A stretch of DNA of 64,000 nt from a virus (taxonomy: Duplodnaviria; Heunggongvirae; Uroviricota; Caudoviricetes). The notes beneath the pieces were generated by a model. The model saw only the letters and a list, made by a program, of their open reading frames with translations. It was not told the DNA's origin and did not search any database. Of the stretch, positions 20,001 to 27,619 are shown one piece after another. The first letter of the stretch is position 1. Every line of letters starts with the position of its first letter. The position numbers and the translations under genes were made by a program. The DNA is taken from IMG/VR virus record IMGVR_UViG_3300020577_006835, positions 4,588 to 68,587 of that record; one strand, written 5' to 3'.

Positions 20001-20324
20001 GACGGCTTCTGGAGCAAGCAAGGCTCGGCCAGGCAGTTCAACGGGGGCGTCACTGCAGAGCAGGGCAAGACCTACCACTGGTGCTTCGACATCCAGCAGA
20101 GCGACTACCGCCCTGGAGGATTCATCGAGTTCCAGAGCGTGAACCTGGGCAACGCGCAGTGCAGCTCGACGTCAGCGGTTCTGATCTCCCCCTCAGGGAA
20201 GCGCAGTGAGAGCTGCTGCGGGTCGCAGCCTGGCGGGGGTGGAGTCTCAGAGTCGGGTCGCTGGGAGGTCCAGTTCACGCTGCTCGAAGGGTGCAACCGC
20301 TATACGTTCGTCGCACGTTACTGA
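17001..20324 (+). CDS. Secreted multidomain protein: repeated Cys-containing beta domains, GH99/GH71-like glycoside hydrolase, NBR1-like Ig domain, Pro/Thr linkers
   Basis: Signal peptide; AGVDVVLPVY, KVGMWFD, IGPGYND, MLETWNDY; DNATFVSQ...TVTMKNTGTSTW...LQWQM. Confidence 0.7.
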   Translation: MRSWLVLLALLWATAADAACPPSYTRLTAASSSCFNGACDMTNAACDPVSGCQVRMARGETRSIIAPPLAPAAAVGGAACPAGELNKPYDAAGKLFGLSGQQVANGQTKTYCIRLNSEADQLKVAARGSASCSSIELRVRPQVGTYDAQNTPADRFPEVNYSSVYQRTIAEGLYLVDVTGRSPSASCQGFDVYWGAGTRPLSQPAAASEFCVDPPKPITMLRVWTKDHSAEGCGTINLRVTDMGTSQSWSAQNLGTSTVEVTGTDLVGPFRIEPLGGPTTIAGSPCNGMIPFEVFYTYAGEPVPTPTPAGGVFCPDGYRRPDKPFTRNNVTYTGGAFGAAAPTEKFCIEVKKAVKKLTLVGGQSADTAFFGEWKITPPSGSGLQAQTILGSTYAFSYGTNDADQYARVPAGVYLLEVLATSGKNFYFGYNEGSTGPIAPRATPAPTLPVATADPGASTPKPQEDKILKNNIPAALGPYIGSNFFAPLTSTFYSDSSRILMAIYIYNKDGLFGFIDHPASSINPPYLYSSVSRHYKELNDMVAAGVDVVLPVYEGIPHEGNSGAETPDVGLAAIVAALQQMKDAGLKTPKVGMWFDSNLLHANNNPFGSELVLVGPVQDPPEIGYLGLEYLTGSIRDFYSQIPPAFWAQIDYKPIVVLPYPPPASARLDFPLNLDNFFGRYFASKKIFLIVSDSWGGQFYGVSARIREDAALLGPRINDKIVQIGPGYNDGRSRRDRQGGQTYANDWDTAISTGKRIIMLETWNDYENASDINHSREYGSTYIALTQQKNAQWRNANLADNATFVSQYVPSFGSQQMVRGDRVTQTVTMKNTGTSTWSDTFGYKLVSVNPVGNSTWGLTSATLPDAGSVSPGAQVTFSVPLIVPQTLGSNNLQWQMAKGSTRFGATTDNVSITVVAPTPTPTPSPTPDPNAPTPTPSATPTKTPRPTPTLPGTPRPTATCPPGYSYRPPPFGVPGLCVRDVAQVTPKPTARPTQTRSANCSDGFWSKQGSARQFNGGVTAEQGKTYHWCFDIQQSDYRPGGFIEFQSVNLGNAQCSSTSAVLISPSGKRSESCCGSQPGGGGVSESGRWEVQFTLLEGCNRYTFVARY

Positions 20325-20329
20325 GCAAG

Positions 20330-20360
20330 GGGGCGGGCAAGCCTTCACGGTGCCCGCCCC
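20330..20360. terminator. GC-rich hairpin between convergent genes
   Basis: GGGGCGGGCA (20330-39) pairs with TGCCCGCCCC (20351-60); no clear U-tract. Confidence 0.55.
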
Positions 20361-20368
20361 TCCGACAC

Positions 20369-20929
20369 TCAGGCGGCTGCGTTGGATGTGGCCAAGATGG
20401 TGTTGACCGTGACCCCGTACTTCTCTGCGAGCTGCTGCGCCGTAGGCACAGTCCTCAGCTTGCGGATCTCCTTGACCGCCACAGGTGGCAAGGTGCGGGC
20501 TCCTGAGGTTCGCCCCGCTCTGACGGCGTAGATGGTGCCGACGGAGACGCGCCACTTCTTGGCCAGCGCTGCTGCGGTGACCCGCTTGGCCAGGGGCACG
20601 TAGGCCTTCTTGATCTCGGCGCGCTGCTCCTCGTTGAGCTTGCGCATGTGTGCCGGCCGCTGCTCCAGGTGGGCTGGGTTGACGCACAACTTCGAGTGCC
20701 CTGGCGTTGTGTGGGCGATCCAGGTGTCCTTGGGGATGGGTCCGCGGAACAACTCCCACGCTACCCGGTGTGCCGTGCCAGGCTTGCCGTCCTTGCGGAG
20801 GACCTGCCCGTAGCCCTTGGGGCCGAGGGTGGCTCCCACCCAGTTCCAGCACCCAGTACGACGGTCGATCTTGATCCGGCTGACGAAGCGCTCTTCGTAC
20901 GAGCGCGCACTCTGTCTGGTCACTTTCAT
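20369..20929 (-). CDS. HNH endonuclease with C-terminal HTH repeats
   Basis: CWNWVG...GYG...AHRVAWELFRGPIP...H......CVNPAHL. Confidence 0.88.
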   Translation of the reverse strand: MKVTRQSARSYEERFVSRIKIDRRTGCWNWVGATLGPKGYGQVLRKDGKPGTAHRVAWELFRGPIPKDTWIAHTTPGHSKLCVNPAHLEQRPAHMRKLNEEQRAEIKKAYVPLAKRVTAAALAKKWRVSVGTIYAVRAGRTSGARTLPPVAVKEIRKLRTVPTAQQLAEKYGVTVNTILATSNAAA

Positions 20930-20934
20930 TCCTC

Positions 20935-21174
20935 CTACGTCTTGAGGCCCTTGCGGATCTTCAACGCCAGCGACAGCTGCGCGTTGACCTCCTTGGTAAA
21001 GAGCAGCTCAGCCTCGTCGCGGATTCGACGGTAGGCGTCGTGCTCGTCTTCCCCCTCACGGGGTTCATCCTCTACTTCGACCACAGGCTTGACCGACTCG
21101 AATGTCTTCTCACCGACCAAGTGATCCAGGCTGATGATCTGACAGAACCCTACGCGGATTCGCTTCCCTGCCAT
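20935..21174 (-). CDS. Hypothetical protein
   Basis: GAGGAGG SD before ATG 21174. Confidence 0.6.
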   Translation of the reverse strand: MAGKRIRVGFCQIISLDHLVGEKTFESVKPVVEVEDEPREGEDEHDAYRRIRDEAELLFTKEVNAQLSLALKIRKGLKT

Positions 21175-21245
21175 GTCCACCTCCTCCTGAGTGCGATGGG
21201 GTACCATCACGGGCGCTGCTGCTCTTCGAGAAGTTCATGGGGGTG

Positions 21246-21275
21246 TTGTCAATGGCACATTTCATGTGCTAACGA
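21246..21275 (+). promoter_or_regulatory. Sigma70-like promoter with extended -10
   Basis: TTGTCA-N18-TAACGA with TGC immediately before the -10. Confidence 0.6.
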
Positions 21276-21342
21276 GTTGCTATCCCTCGTGTTCACCTAT
21301 TTCTCGCAGTAAAAGAGTGAAACGCAATAGGGGTTAACCACC

Positions 21343-21400
21343 TTTTCGGGAAATTCTCAGAATGAGTTCAAGTAATCCGTTTTGAGTAAATTCCCGAAAA
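21343..21400. repeat. AT-rich imperfect inverted repeat (about 20 bp arms)
   Basis: TTTTCGGGAA / TTCCCGAAAA pair perfectly and the stem extends inward (CTCAGAA / TTTTGAG). Confidence 0.7.
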
Positions 21401-21426
21401 AGTCGAGTGAAATCAACCAGTTGAGG

Positions 21427-22167
21427 GTGAAAATGCTGTTGGTAGGGGATCTTCATGGGAGGAAAGCTGTGCTCGACGCCCTGGTCGCGACGCAGCACCA
21501 GCTGGTGTTTCTCGGCGACTTCCTCGACGCCTACGAGAAGAGTGCAACGAGAGCAGCGCAGATCGAGTGCATCGACATCGTCCGCGATCTGCATAGCCAG
21601 GGTAGGGCTCGGTTCGTCCGCGGAAACCATGACTGGTCGTACGACTCTCGCTGCCAGAGCTGGGCCTCTGGGTACGCCAAGGGCACCTGGGACGATCTGG
21701 GACCGAGCCGCCGCTTGTGGCTGCGAGAGAACGACGAGCACGTGATCACGTTGGAGCCTGACATCGTGATCTCGCACGCTGGCATCACCGCCCCCATCTG
21801 GGACGGGTTGGGACTCACCCACGAGACTGTTGTCGAAGAGGCTCACGCGGCTGTGGCACCAGGCACACAGGCCACCTGGTTCTTCGCCATCGGCAGGGCT
21901 CGCAGGGGCATGCAACGGGTGGGCGGACCTCTCTGGTGCGACTGGGACAACGAGTTCGAGCCCGTCCAAGGCGTCCGTCAGGTGACCGGGCACACCAGGC
22001 TCTACTTCGAGGAGCCGATGGCGACCAAGTTCAAGGACTTCTTCGTCGGCGACGTCCTGCGCTGCTCGCCCAACGGGGACTGGAACATCGACTGCCTGGG
22101 CGTGAAGCCTGTCGTGCTGGAGTACGACAACGGCGAGCTGCGCCCATACCACTTGACAGTTTCGTAA
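21427..22167 (+). CDS. Calcineurin-like metallophosphoesterase
   Basis: GDLHG, LGDFLD, GNHD, SHAG, GHT motifs. Confidence 0.9.
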   Translation: MKMLLVGDLHGRKAVLDALVATQHQLVFLGDFLDAYEKSATRAAQIECIDIVRDLHSQGRARFVRGNHDWSYDSRCQSWASGYAKGTWDDLGPSRRLWLRENDEHVITLEPDIVISHAGITAPIWDGLGLTHETVVEEAHAAVAPGTQATWFFAIGRARRGMQRVGGPLWCDWDNEFEPVQGVRQVTGHTRLYFEEPMATKFKDFFVGDVLRCSPNGDWNIDCLGVKPVVLEYDNGELRPYHLTVS

Positions 22168-22182
22168 CTCCTGTGCTAAGAT
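22153..22182 (+). promoter_or_regulatory. Sigma70-like promoter
   Basis: TTGACA-N18-TAAGAT with TGC. Confidence 0.8.
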
Positions 22183-22191
22183 CGTGGGCCT

Positions 22192-22554
22192 GTGACCACT
22201 ACGGCCAACAACGATGCGCGGGCTCTCATCACCGACGCTGACGGGACGGTGTGGATAGGGGTGAACCCCAGGTTCTTTCTCCTGGATCACCCCAACACCC
22301 ATCCGCGTGACGCGGAGCTGATCTTCGGCACCGGCGCCACGATTGAGCCCTTGTCAGAAACCGCAGACATGCTGTCTGTCCTTGTGGCAGCAGGTGTCTT
22401 CACCTCGAAGGGCAACGCCCGCAAGAACTGGCACGGTACGATCGAGATCCCGGTCGGCACCACCTCGTTCACCGTTGGCAAGAAGAACAAGGTCGACATC
22501 GTGGTCCATCGACCGCCGGCCGATCTGCCGGTCTGGGGGGATGCTGATGAGTGA
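22192..22554 (+). CDS. Hypothetical protein with an S4-like segment resembling the TyrRS C-terminus
   Basis: LSVLVAAGVFTSKGNARKN...TVGKK. Confidence 0.55.
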   Translation: MTTTANNDARALITDADGTVWIGVNPRFFLLDHPNTHPRDAELIFGTGATIEPLSETADMLSVLVAAGVFTSKGNARKNWHGTIEIPVGTTSFTVGKKNKVDIVVHRPPADLPVWGDADE

Positions 22555-23014
22555 GGAGTGGCCACCGGCAGAGTTGCTCGACATCCTGATCCATCCAAAT
22601 GACACCTTGCGTCAGCGTGCGGAAGAGGTGTCCTCGTTCGACAGTTCGCTGCGAGACCTTGCCCGCTGCATGCAGAAGACGATCGAGAGGTCTGGGGTGG
22701 GCCTGGCAGCGCCGCAGGTCGGTGTATCGCGGCGCCTCATCGTCGTCGAAACCCCGGAACTGTCCCTGGCCCTTGCGAACCCGGTGATACTGGGGCACAG
22801 CACGAGGCTGGTTTCGATCCCCGAGGGCTGCCTCTCGTGCCCAGGGGTCGAGGCACGGGTCAAGCGCTGGGACGAGATCGTGGTTTCCGGCTACGACCTG
22901 CACGGCACCAAACGCTCCTTCGGACTGACCATGCTGAACGCGATCGTGTTCCAGCACGAGCTGGACCACCTGGACGGCAAGTTGATCGTCGACCAGGAAG
23001 CAGTCCATGAGTGA
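22547..23014 (+). CDS. def: Peptide deformylase
   Basis: GVGLAAPQVG, EGCLS, QHELDHLDG. Confidence 0.95.
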   Translation: MSEEWPPAELLDILIHPNDTLRQRAEEVSSFDSSLRDLARCMQKTIERSGVGLAAPQVGVSRRLIVVETPELSLALANPVILGHSTRLVSIPEGCLSCPGVEARVKRWDEIVVSGYDLHGTKRSFGLTMLNAIVFQHELDHLDGKLIVDQEAVHE

Positions 23015-23348
23015 CGCGAACGAGGAGGGGATGAACGTGACCGAGTTGACCAAAGAGAAGCGCATCGAGCAGCTGCTGGCCAAGGTACTGATGGGGATGC
23101 TGTTCCTCGACAAGCTCAGGGCCTGGAACAACCCGCTGGCGGCCGAGATCCACAAGACCATGTCCGATGCCGTGATGGCCTCGATCTTCGCCGTCGGCAA
23201 CCTGTCCGGGGTCGACCCGGAGAGGCTCGCAGACGCCTACGACAGGGCGGTCACGGACGTGATGAGCATCACGGACAAGCTGCTCGACGGCACGGGCTCG
23301 ATCGAGGACCTGCTGCGCTCGGTGGGCAATCAAAATCCATCAATCTGA
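23007..23348 (+). CDS. Hypothetical protein
   Basis: 113 aa, overlap-coupled to def. Confidence 0.6.
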   Translation: MSDANEEGMNVTELTKEKRIEQLLAKVLMGMLFLDKLRAWNNPLAAEIHKTMSDAVMASIFAVGNLSGVDPERLADAYDRAVTDVMSITDKLLDGTGSIEDLLRSVGNQNPSI

Positions 23349-23357
23349 AGAACCCTG

Positions 23358-23387
23358 TTGACAAAGGCACCGGTCGCGTGCTAATCT
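23358..23387 (+). promoter_or_regulatory. Sigma70-like promoter, probably leaderless transcript
   Basis: TTGACA-N18-TAATCT; ATG 23395 lies 7 nt downstream with no SD. Confidence 0.85.
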
Positions 23388-23394
23388 CTCCTAC

Positions 23395-24690
23395 ATGGAC
23401 GAGACGAACAACACGACGGTCGAGGCGCAGGACACCTTCAAGATCCCCGAGGAGAACTTCAGCAAGTTCGAGGCGAAGATCGCCAAGCTGAACCGCCGCG
23501 CGATCAAGCTCGGCGTGCCGGTGATCGACTACACGACGGTCGACGTGGTCGAGGACTGGGTTCGCAACACCAAGACCGGCACCACCAACCCGGTCAACCC
23601 GGAGCGCGAGTACGGCGAGGACTACGTCCTCTTCCCGCGCCTCTTCAAGGCGACCACGGTCATCGGCCTCACGCCGAAGCTGGCCGGCTGGTCCTTCATC
23701 GGCACTCTGGACCACGTGTCCGAGGCCGGTGTCATCCTGCGCGCCGTCCCGGGCGAGGAGCTGCCCAAGGCCTACCGCGAGGCGCAGCCGGTCTGCGACC
23801 ACTGCCAGGCCGCCCGCCGCCGCAAGGAGACCTTCATCGTCCGCAACGACGAGGGCACCTACAAGCAGGTCGGCCGTCAGTGCGTCGCCGACTTCCTGGG
23901 CGGCGTCGACCCCAAGAACGTCGCCCGCGCTCTGGAGTACATCTACGAGGCGCTGCGCACGGCCGGCGAGTGCGAGGACGAGCTGGGCGGCTACGGCTAC
24001 GCCGACAACCGCCGCTACCTGAAGCGCGTGCTGGCCGTCACGACCGCCGTCATCCGCGAGTACGGCTGGCTGTCGCGCTCCAAGGCGCGCGAGCTGGACT
24101 ACGCCGGTGCACCCTCGGCCACGGCCGACATCGTCTCCGGCCTGCTCTACAAGAACAAGCTGGACGACGAGGACCGCAAGCTCCTGCGCTCGGTGACCGA
24201 GGAGGACGAGGCCTTCGCCGAGCAGACCATCGCCTGGCTGACCGAGCTGCGCGAGACGTCGGACGACCTGAACGACTACCTGTACAACCTGACCACGCTG
24301 GCGCAGAGCGCCACGATCAGCTCGAAGTCGTTCGGCCTGGCCTGCTCGATGGTCTCGACCTACCAGCGCCACCTGGGCGACCTGATCCGCCGCGAGAAGT
24401 GGGCCGAGGTCAACGCCAAGAGCCGCTACTTCGGCACGGTCGGCAAGCGCGAGGTGTTCACGGTCACGGTCCTGAACGTGATCTTCCGCGAGAGCCAGTT
24501 CGGCGTGACCAAGATCCACAAGCTGGTCACCAAGGACGGCAACCTGGCCACCTGGTTCGCCTCTGCCGAGGCTCTGGAGCAGGGCAAGACGTACGAGGTC
24601 AAGGCGACCGTGAAGAAGCACGAGGAGTTCCAGGGCGTGCAGCAGACCGTCGTCACCCGCGTGGCGGTGGTCAAGGAGGTGGAGGCGTGA
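23395..24690 (+). CDS. Hypothetical phage protein with C-terminal OB-fold-like domain and CxxC pair
   Basis: CDHC, GRQC; YFGTVGKRE...TWFAS...YEVKATVKKHEEFQG..QTVVTRV. Confidence 0.7.
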   Translation: MDETNNTTVEAQDTFKIPEENFSKFEAKIAKLNRRAIKLGVPVIDYTTVDVVEDWVRNTKTGTTNPVNPEREYGEDYVLFPRLFKATTVIGLTPKLAGWSFIGTLDHVSEAGVILRAVPGEELPKAYREAQPVCDHCQAARRRKETFIVRNDEGTYKQVGRQCVADFLGGVDPKNVARALEYIYEALRTAGECEDELGGYGYADNRRYLKRVLAVTTAVIREYGWLSRSKARELDYAGAPSATADIVSGLLYKNKLDDEDRKLLRSVTEEDEAFAEQTIAWLTELRETSDDLNDYLYNLTTLAQSATISSKSFGLACSMVSTYQRHLGDLIRREKWAEVNAKSRYFGTVGKREVFTVTVLNVIFRESQFGVTKIHKLVTKDGNLATWFASAEALEQGKTYEVKATVKKHEEFQGVQQTVVTRVAVVKEVEA

Positions 24691-24695
24691 GCGTA

Positions 24696-24725
24696 TTGAC
24701 AAAGACCGCACTCGCGTGCTAAGAT
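24696..24725 (+). promoter_or_regulatory. Sigma70-like promoter, probably leaderless transcript
   Basis: TTGACA-N18-TAAGAT; ATG 24732 lies 6 nt downstream. Confidence 0.85.
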
Positions 24726-24731
24726 CAGCTC

Positions 24732-24857
24732 ATGGAAAACTACACCGGTGAGCGCTGCGAAGCCTGCGGCGCGGAGGTCTACGAGGACGAGCGCGGTGAG
24801 GAGACTTGCCGCTGCAAGAGCGATCAGGATCACATCGACGCAAGAAGGGGGAAGTGA
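24732..24857 (+). CDS. 41-aa Cys-containing peptide not in the ORF track (MENYTGERCEACGAEVYEDERGEETCRCKSDQDHIDARRGK)
   Basis: Starts at the predicted TSS; TGATG overlap with the next gene. Confidence 0.7.
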   Translation: MENYTGERCEACGAEVYEDERGEETCRCKSDQDHIDARRGK

Positions 24858-25018
24858 TGTACAAGATCGAAGTGAAGAAGCTGCCGGAGCAGCATCACGG
24901 CACCGTGATCACGATCAGCGGCTACCACGAGCCCCTGATCCTCCTCGACGAGGAGCGCATCTCGCTGCAGAAGCAGCTCAACGAGCTGTACCCGGAGACC
25001 GTGGAGGTGAGCAAGTGA
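24857..25018 (+). CDS. Small hypothetical protein (MYKIEVKKLP...)
   Basis: GGGGG SD; coupled on both sides. Confidence 0.6.
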   Translation: MYKIEVKKLPEQHHGTVITISGYHEPLILLDEERISLQKQLNELYPETVEVSK

Positions 25019-25284
25019 GCTACCCGAAGCTGGTGGCCGAGTTCATCAAGCTGGCCCCGCTCAAGCTGGGTGACGTGTACAACCTGCGGATTGCCATGGC
25101 CCCGTACAAGGGTGATCTGGGAGAGGGGGTCAACCTGGGCCGCTACATCGTCACCGGCAACCTAGCCGACTCGCTCGACGTCTACACGTCCAAGGACCAG
25201 CACCTGATCGGCTACAGCTGCACACCGAAGTCGGCGACTGCCAAGATCATTCTTCACCATCTTGGCCTTCTGGAGGAGGACTGA
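25015..25284 (+). CDS. Hypothetical protein (MSYPKLVAEF...)
   Basis: GGAGG SD; GTGA overlap. Confidence 0.6.
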   Translation: MSYPKLVAEFIKLAPLKLGDVYNLRIAMAPYKGDLGEGVNLGRYIVTGNLADSLDVYTSKDQHLIGYSCTPKSATAKIILHHLGLLEED

Positions 25285-25287
25285 AGC

Positions 25288-25683
25288 ATGAAGGAGGAAG
25301 TCAAGGAGTGGCTCAAGCAGCGCGTGCGGCCGCGCGCAGGCAGCTTCTGGCAGGCGGCCAAGCCCAGGGTACTCTGGTGCCTGATCGGGCTCACCACAGG
25401 CGCTGCCGCGGGCTCGTACCACACGCTGCGGCTCTTCAACGAGCACGGCGGTGAGCTGGGCGCGTACCTCATGTACCAGGGTGCCAGGCTGTCCGGCTAC
25501 AGCGACCTGCAGGGCTTCTCGTGGCAGATCTTCAACGGCGGCGACGCCGTCATCGAGGACCCGCAGGCCAGATACCTGATCGCCGAGGGTGCGCCGAGCA
25601 AGGAGAAGTTCACGCAGCCGCCGGCAGAGCAGCCCAAACCGATCCCGGTTCGCGACACCAAAACGAAGAAGAAGAGGATCTGA
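25288..25683 (+). CDS. Hypothetical membrane-anchored protein
   Basis: GGAGG SD; hydrophobic VLWCLIGLTTGAAAG segment. Confidence 0.6.
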   Translation: MKEEVKEWLKQRVRPRAGSFWQAAKPRVLWCLIGLTTGAAAGSYHTLRLFNEHGGELGAYLMYQGARLSGYSDLQGFSWQIFNGGDAVIEDPQARYLIAEGAPSKEKFTQPPAEQPKPIPVRDTKTKKKRI

Positions 25684-25949
25684 TGTACGTCATCGAGAAC
25701 TACAAGAGGAAGAAGGCGTTCAAGGAGGACGTGAAGCGGCTCAAGGAGCTGCGCACCTTGCCCGAGAGGGACAAGGACCAGGACGCCGAGCTGGGCCGCC
25801 TCGAAGCACGGCTGCAGGTGTGGACTCCGGGGCCGTTCGGTGTGTCGGAGAACGGTACCGGCACCATCGAGGGGCCGCATTACCCGCAAGCACATAAATG
25901 GTATAGTGCTGTTGTTGTGCGAGGCGGGGTAGTAGTCGACGCAAAGTGA
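25683..25949 (+). CDS. Hypothetical phage protein (MYVIENYKRKK...GPHYPQAHKWY)
   Basis: TGATG coupling; GAGG SD. Confidence 0.65.
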   Translation: MYVIENYKRKKAFKEDVKRLKELRTLPERDKDQDAELGRLEARLQVWTPGPFGVSENGTGTIEGPHYPQAHKWYSAVVVRGGVVVDAK

Positions 25950-26533
25950 GCCGTCGTTGCGTCGTTGATGGTTGCCGCCGCTTGGTGGAAAAGAGGTACC
26001 ACGCAGCAGGGGCATGTCACTGTCAGACACACAGAAAGCAACTCCGTGTGGACAACCCGCTGCGCGCCAGTGTTTTCCGAGCAGAGCGAGTTGTCCGAGC
26101 TGATGGCAGGGTGTACTGCCTTGTAGAGGATTGCCACCGCCTGGCACGTAGAAAACTGGACAGAGGTAAGTCATACAACCTGAAGGTGTGTGAGTGGCAC
26201 TCCAGAACGGCTGCTCAGCATGAACAGCGCAAGCTTAAAAAACGATTAAACACACGCCGCCGTAGATACGGGGTCAGTGCGGATGACCTGGCACGCATGA
26301 TGGAAATTCAAGAGGCCAAGTGCCCGATCTGCCTGGAAGTGCTGTCTGAGGCCGACAACGCCACACACGTCGACCACGATCACCGGACTGGGGAGGTGTA
26401 CGCCTTGCTGTGCAGAACGTGCAACTTGGGTATTGGCCACCTCCAACACGACATCGAGCTGCTTGAGCGGGCGCTGGAGTACGTGCGGCATACCCACCAC
26501 CAGAGCACAGTCCGTGTCGACTCACACCCGTAG
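25946..26533 (+). CDS. Endonuclease VII-family (HNH-type) nuclease with N-terminal Cys repeats
   Basis: YGVSADD...Q..KCPIC...HVDHDH.TG.V..LLC..CN..IG.L. Confidence 0.88.
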   Translation: MSRRCVVDGCRRLVEKRYHAAGACHCQTHRKQLRVDNPLRASVFRAERVVRADGRVYCLVEDCHRLARRKLDRGKSYNLKVCEWHSRTAAQHEQRKLKKRLNTRRRRYGVSADDLARMMEIQEAKCPICLEVLSEADNATHVDHDHRTGEVYALLCRTCNLGIGHLQHDIELLERALEYVRHTHHQSTVRVDSHP

Positions 26534-26608
26534 ACGCGGGACGCGTTGCGGTTTTAAGAAAAACGTGCAAGAAGGTATGGGCTGCGCTTCATCGCAGCAG
26601 AAAGGGAA

Positions 26609-27091
26609 GTGAAAGACATGACCAAGGAGGAGATCCAAGCCGCTCGCCTGGAGCGGAAGCGACGACAGGCGGAGCGTCGCACCCGGACCGAGCTGTGGAA
26701 CGACCAGAAGACCCGGCACACCACGGTCCTGGTGGACAACGAGGGCAACAAGCGTACGGTCCCGTCGTTCAGCGTCACGCTCTCGTACAAGGAAGTCCGC
26801 GCCAAGGCCTACCGCTCGCTGGCCGAGGGCGACACGGAGACGGCCGTTCTGCTGAACGAGCTGCTCAAGGTGCGCCGTCGCATGGAGAAGGCCGGCCCGC
26901 TGCTCAAGGCGGTCCGCCGGCTGGAAGGCGCCCAGGTGCGCTTCGAGGCTGCGGTGGCCAACGCGTGCCGCGTGAAGCTGTCGCCCAAGGTCAAGGGTGA
27001 GCTGCGCAAGGAGCGCCGTGAGAAGCGTTCGGAGCGCGATGCCAAGGCTCTGGCGACGCTCAACTCCACGCTCTCCGGGGAGGGTGAGTGA
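26609..27091 (+). CDS. Hypothetical basic/coiled-coil protein
   Basis: 160 aa with phage-like codon usage. Confidence 0.6.
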   Translation: MKDMTKEEIQAARLERKRRQAERRTRTELWNDQKTRHTTVLVDNEGNKRTVPSFSVTLSYKEVRAKAYRSLAEGDTETAVLLNELLKVRRRMEKAGPLLKAVRRLEGAQVRFEAAVANACRVKLSPKVKGELRKERREKRSERDAKALATLNSTLSGEGE

Positions 27092-27119
27092 GCCTCCCAG
27101 TTGAACCGGTGAGCCAGGT

Positions 27120-27173
27120 CCAGGTGCAGGTTTCGATCTGCACCTGGGCACACCCCTGAGTTTTTTTCTCAGG
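27120..27173 (+). terminator. 12-bp UUCG hairpin followed by a second hairpin with a T7 loop
   Basis: CCAGGTGCAGGT-TTCG-ATCTGCACCTGG; CCTGAG-TTTTTTT-CTCAGG. Confidence 0.65.
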
Positions 27174-27177
27174 CTAG

Positions 27178-27207
27178 TTGACAAAAGCACGGGTCGCGTG
27201 CTAATCT
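27178..27207 (+). promoter_or_regulatory. Sigma70-like promoter, probably leaderless transcript
   Basis: TTGACA-N18-TAATCT, nearly identical to the copy at 23358; ATG 27214 lies 6 nt downstream. Confidence 0.85.
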
Positions 27208-27213
27208 CTTCTC

Positions 27214-27351
27214 ATGACGAACAACATGACGCGTGCAGAGATGACCTCGGTCGACAGCTGGCTCGCCTGCGCCTGGCAGGCCAAGGCCAAGGCGATCGCC
27301 GAGAAGACCGGCAAGTCGATCGAGCACGTGCTCAAGGCAGCGAGCAAGTAG
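27214..27351 (+). CDS. 45-aa peptide not in the ORF track (MTNNMTRAEMTSVDSWLACAWQAKAKAIAEKTGKSIEHVLKAASK)
   Basis: Starts at the predicted TSS; its stop is embedded in the SD of the next gene. Confidence 0.65.
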   Translation: MTNNMTRAEMTSVDSWLACAWQAKAKAIAEKTGKSIEHVLKAASK

Positions 27352-27359
27352 GAGGCAGC

Positions 27360-27617
27360 ATGAGCGAACGCGGGTACAACGGCTGGAAGAACTACCAGAC
27401 CTGGAACGTGGCCCTCTGGATCGGCAACGACGAGGGCCTCTACCGGGTGGCCCTGGAGTCGAAGGGCGACTACGAGGACTTCGCCAAGGAGCTGCGCGAG
27501 CTGGGGACGGTCGAGACGCCGGACAAGGTCGCCTACAACGACTCCGGGCTCGACACCGACGCGCTGGACGACATGCTCCGCGAGCTGCGCGGAGACGAGG
27601 AGGACGAGCCCGAGTAG
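27360..27617 (+). CDS. Conserved hypothetical phage protein (YNGWKNYQTWNVALWIGNDEGLY)
   Basis: GGAGG SD before ATG 27360. Confidence 0.75.
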   Translation: MSERGYNGWKNYQTWNVALWIGNDEGLYRVALESKGDYEDFAKELRELGTVETPDKVAYNDSGLDTDALDDMLRELRGDEEDEPE

Positions 27618-27619
27618 CG

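Noticed and set aside
23269-24711. Long antisense ORFs (this one, and e.g. 35598-37034, 44750-46030, 46058-47713, 53857-55173)
   Set aside because: Shadow frames opposite well-supported genes, as expected in high-GC DNA; no domain signatures.
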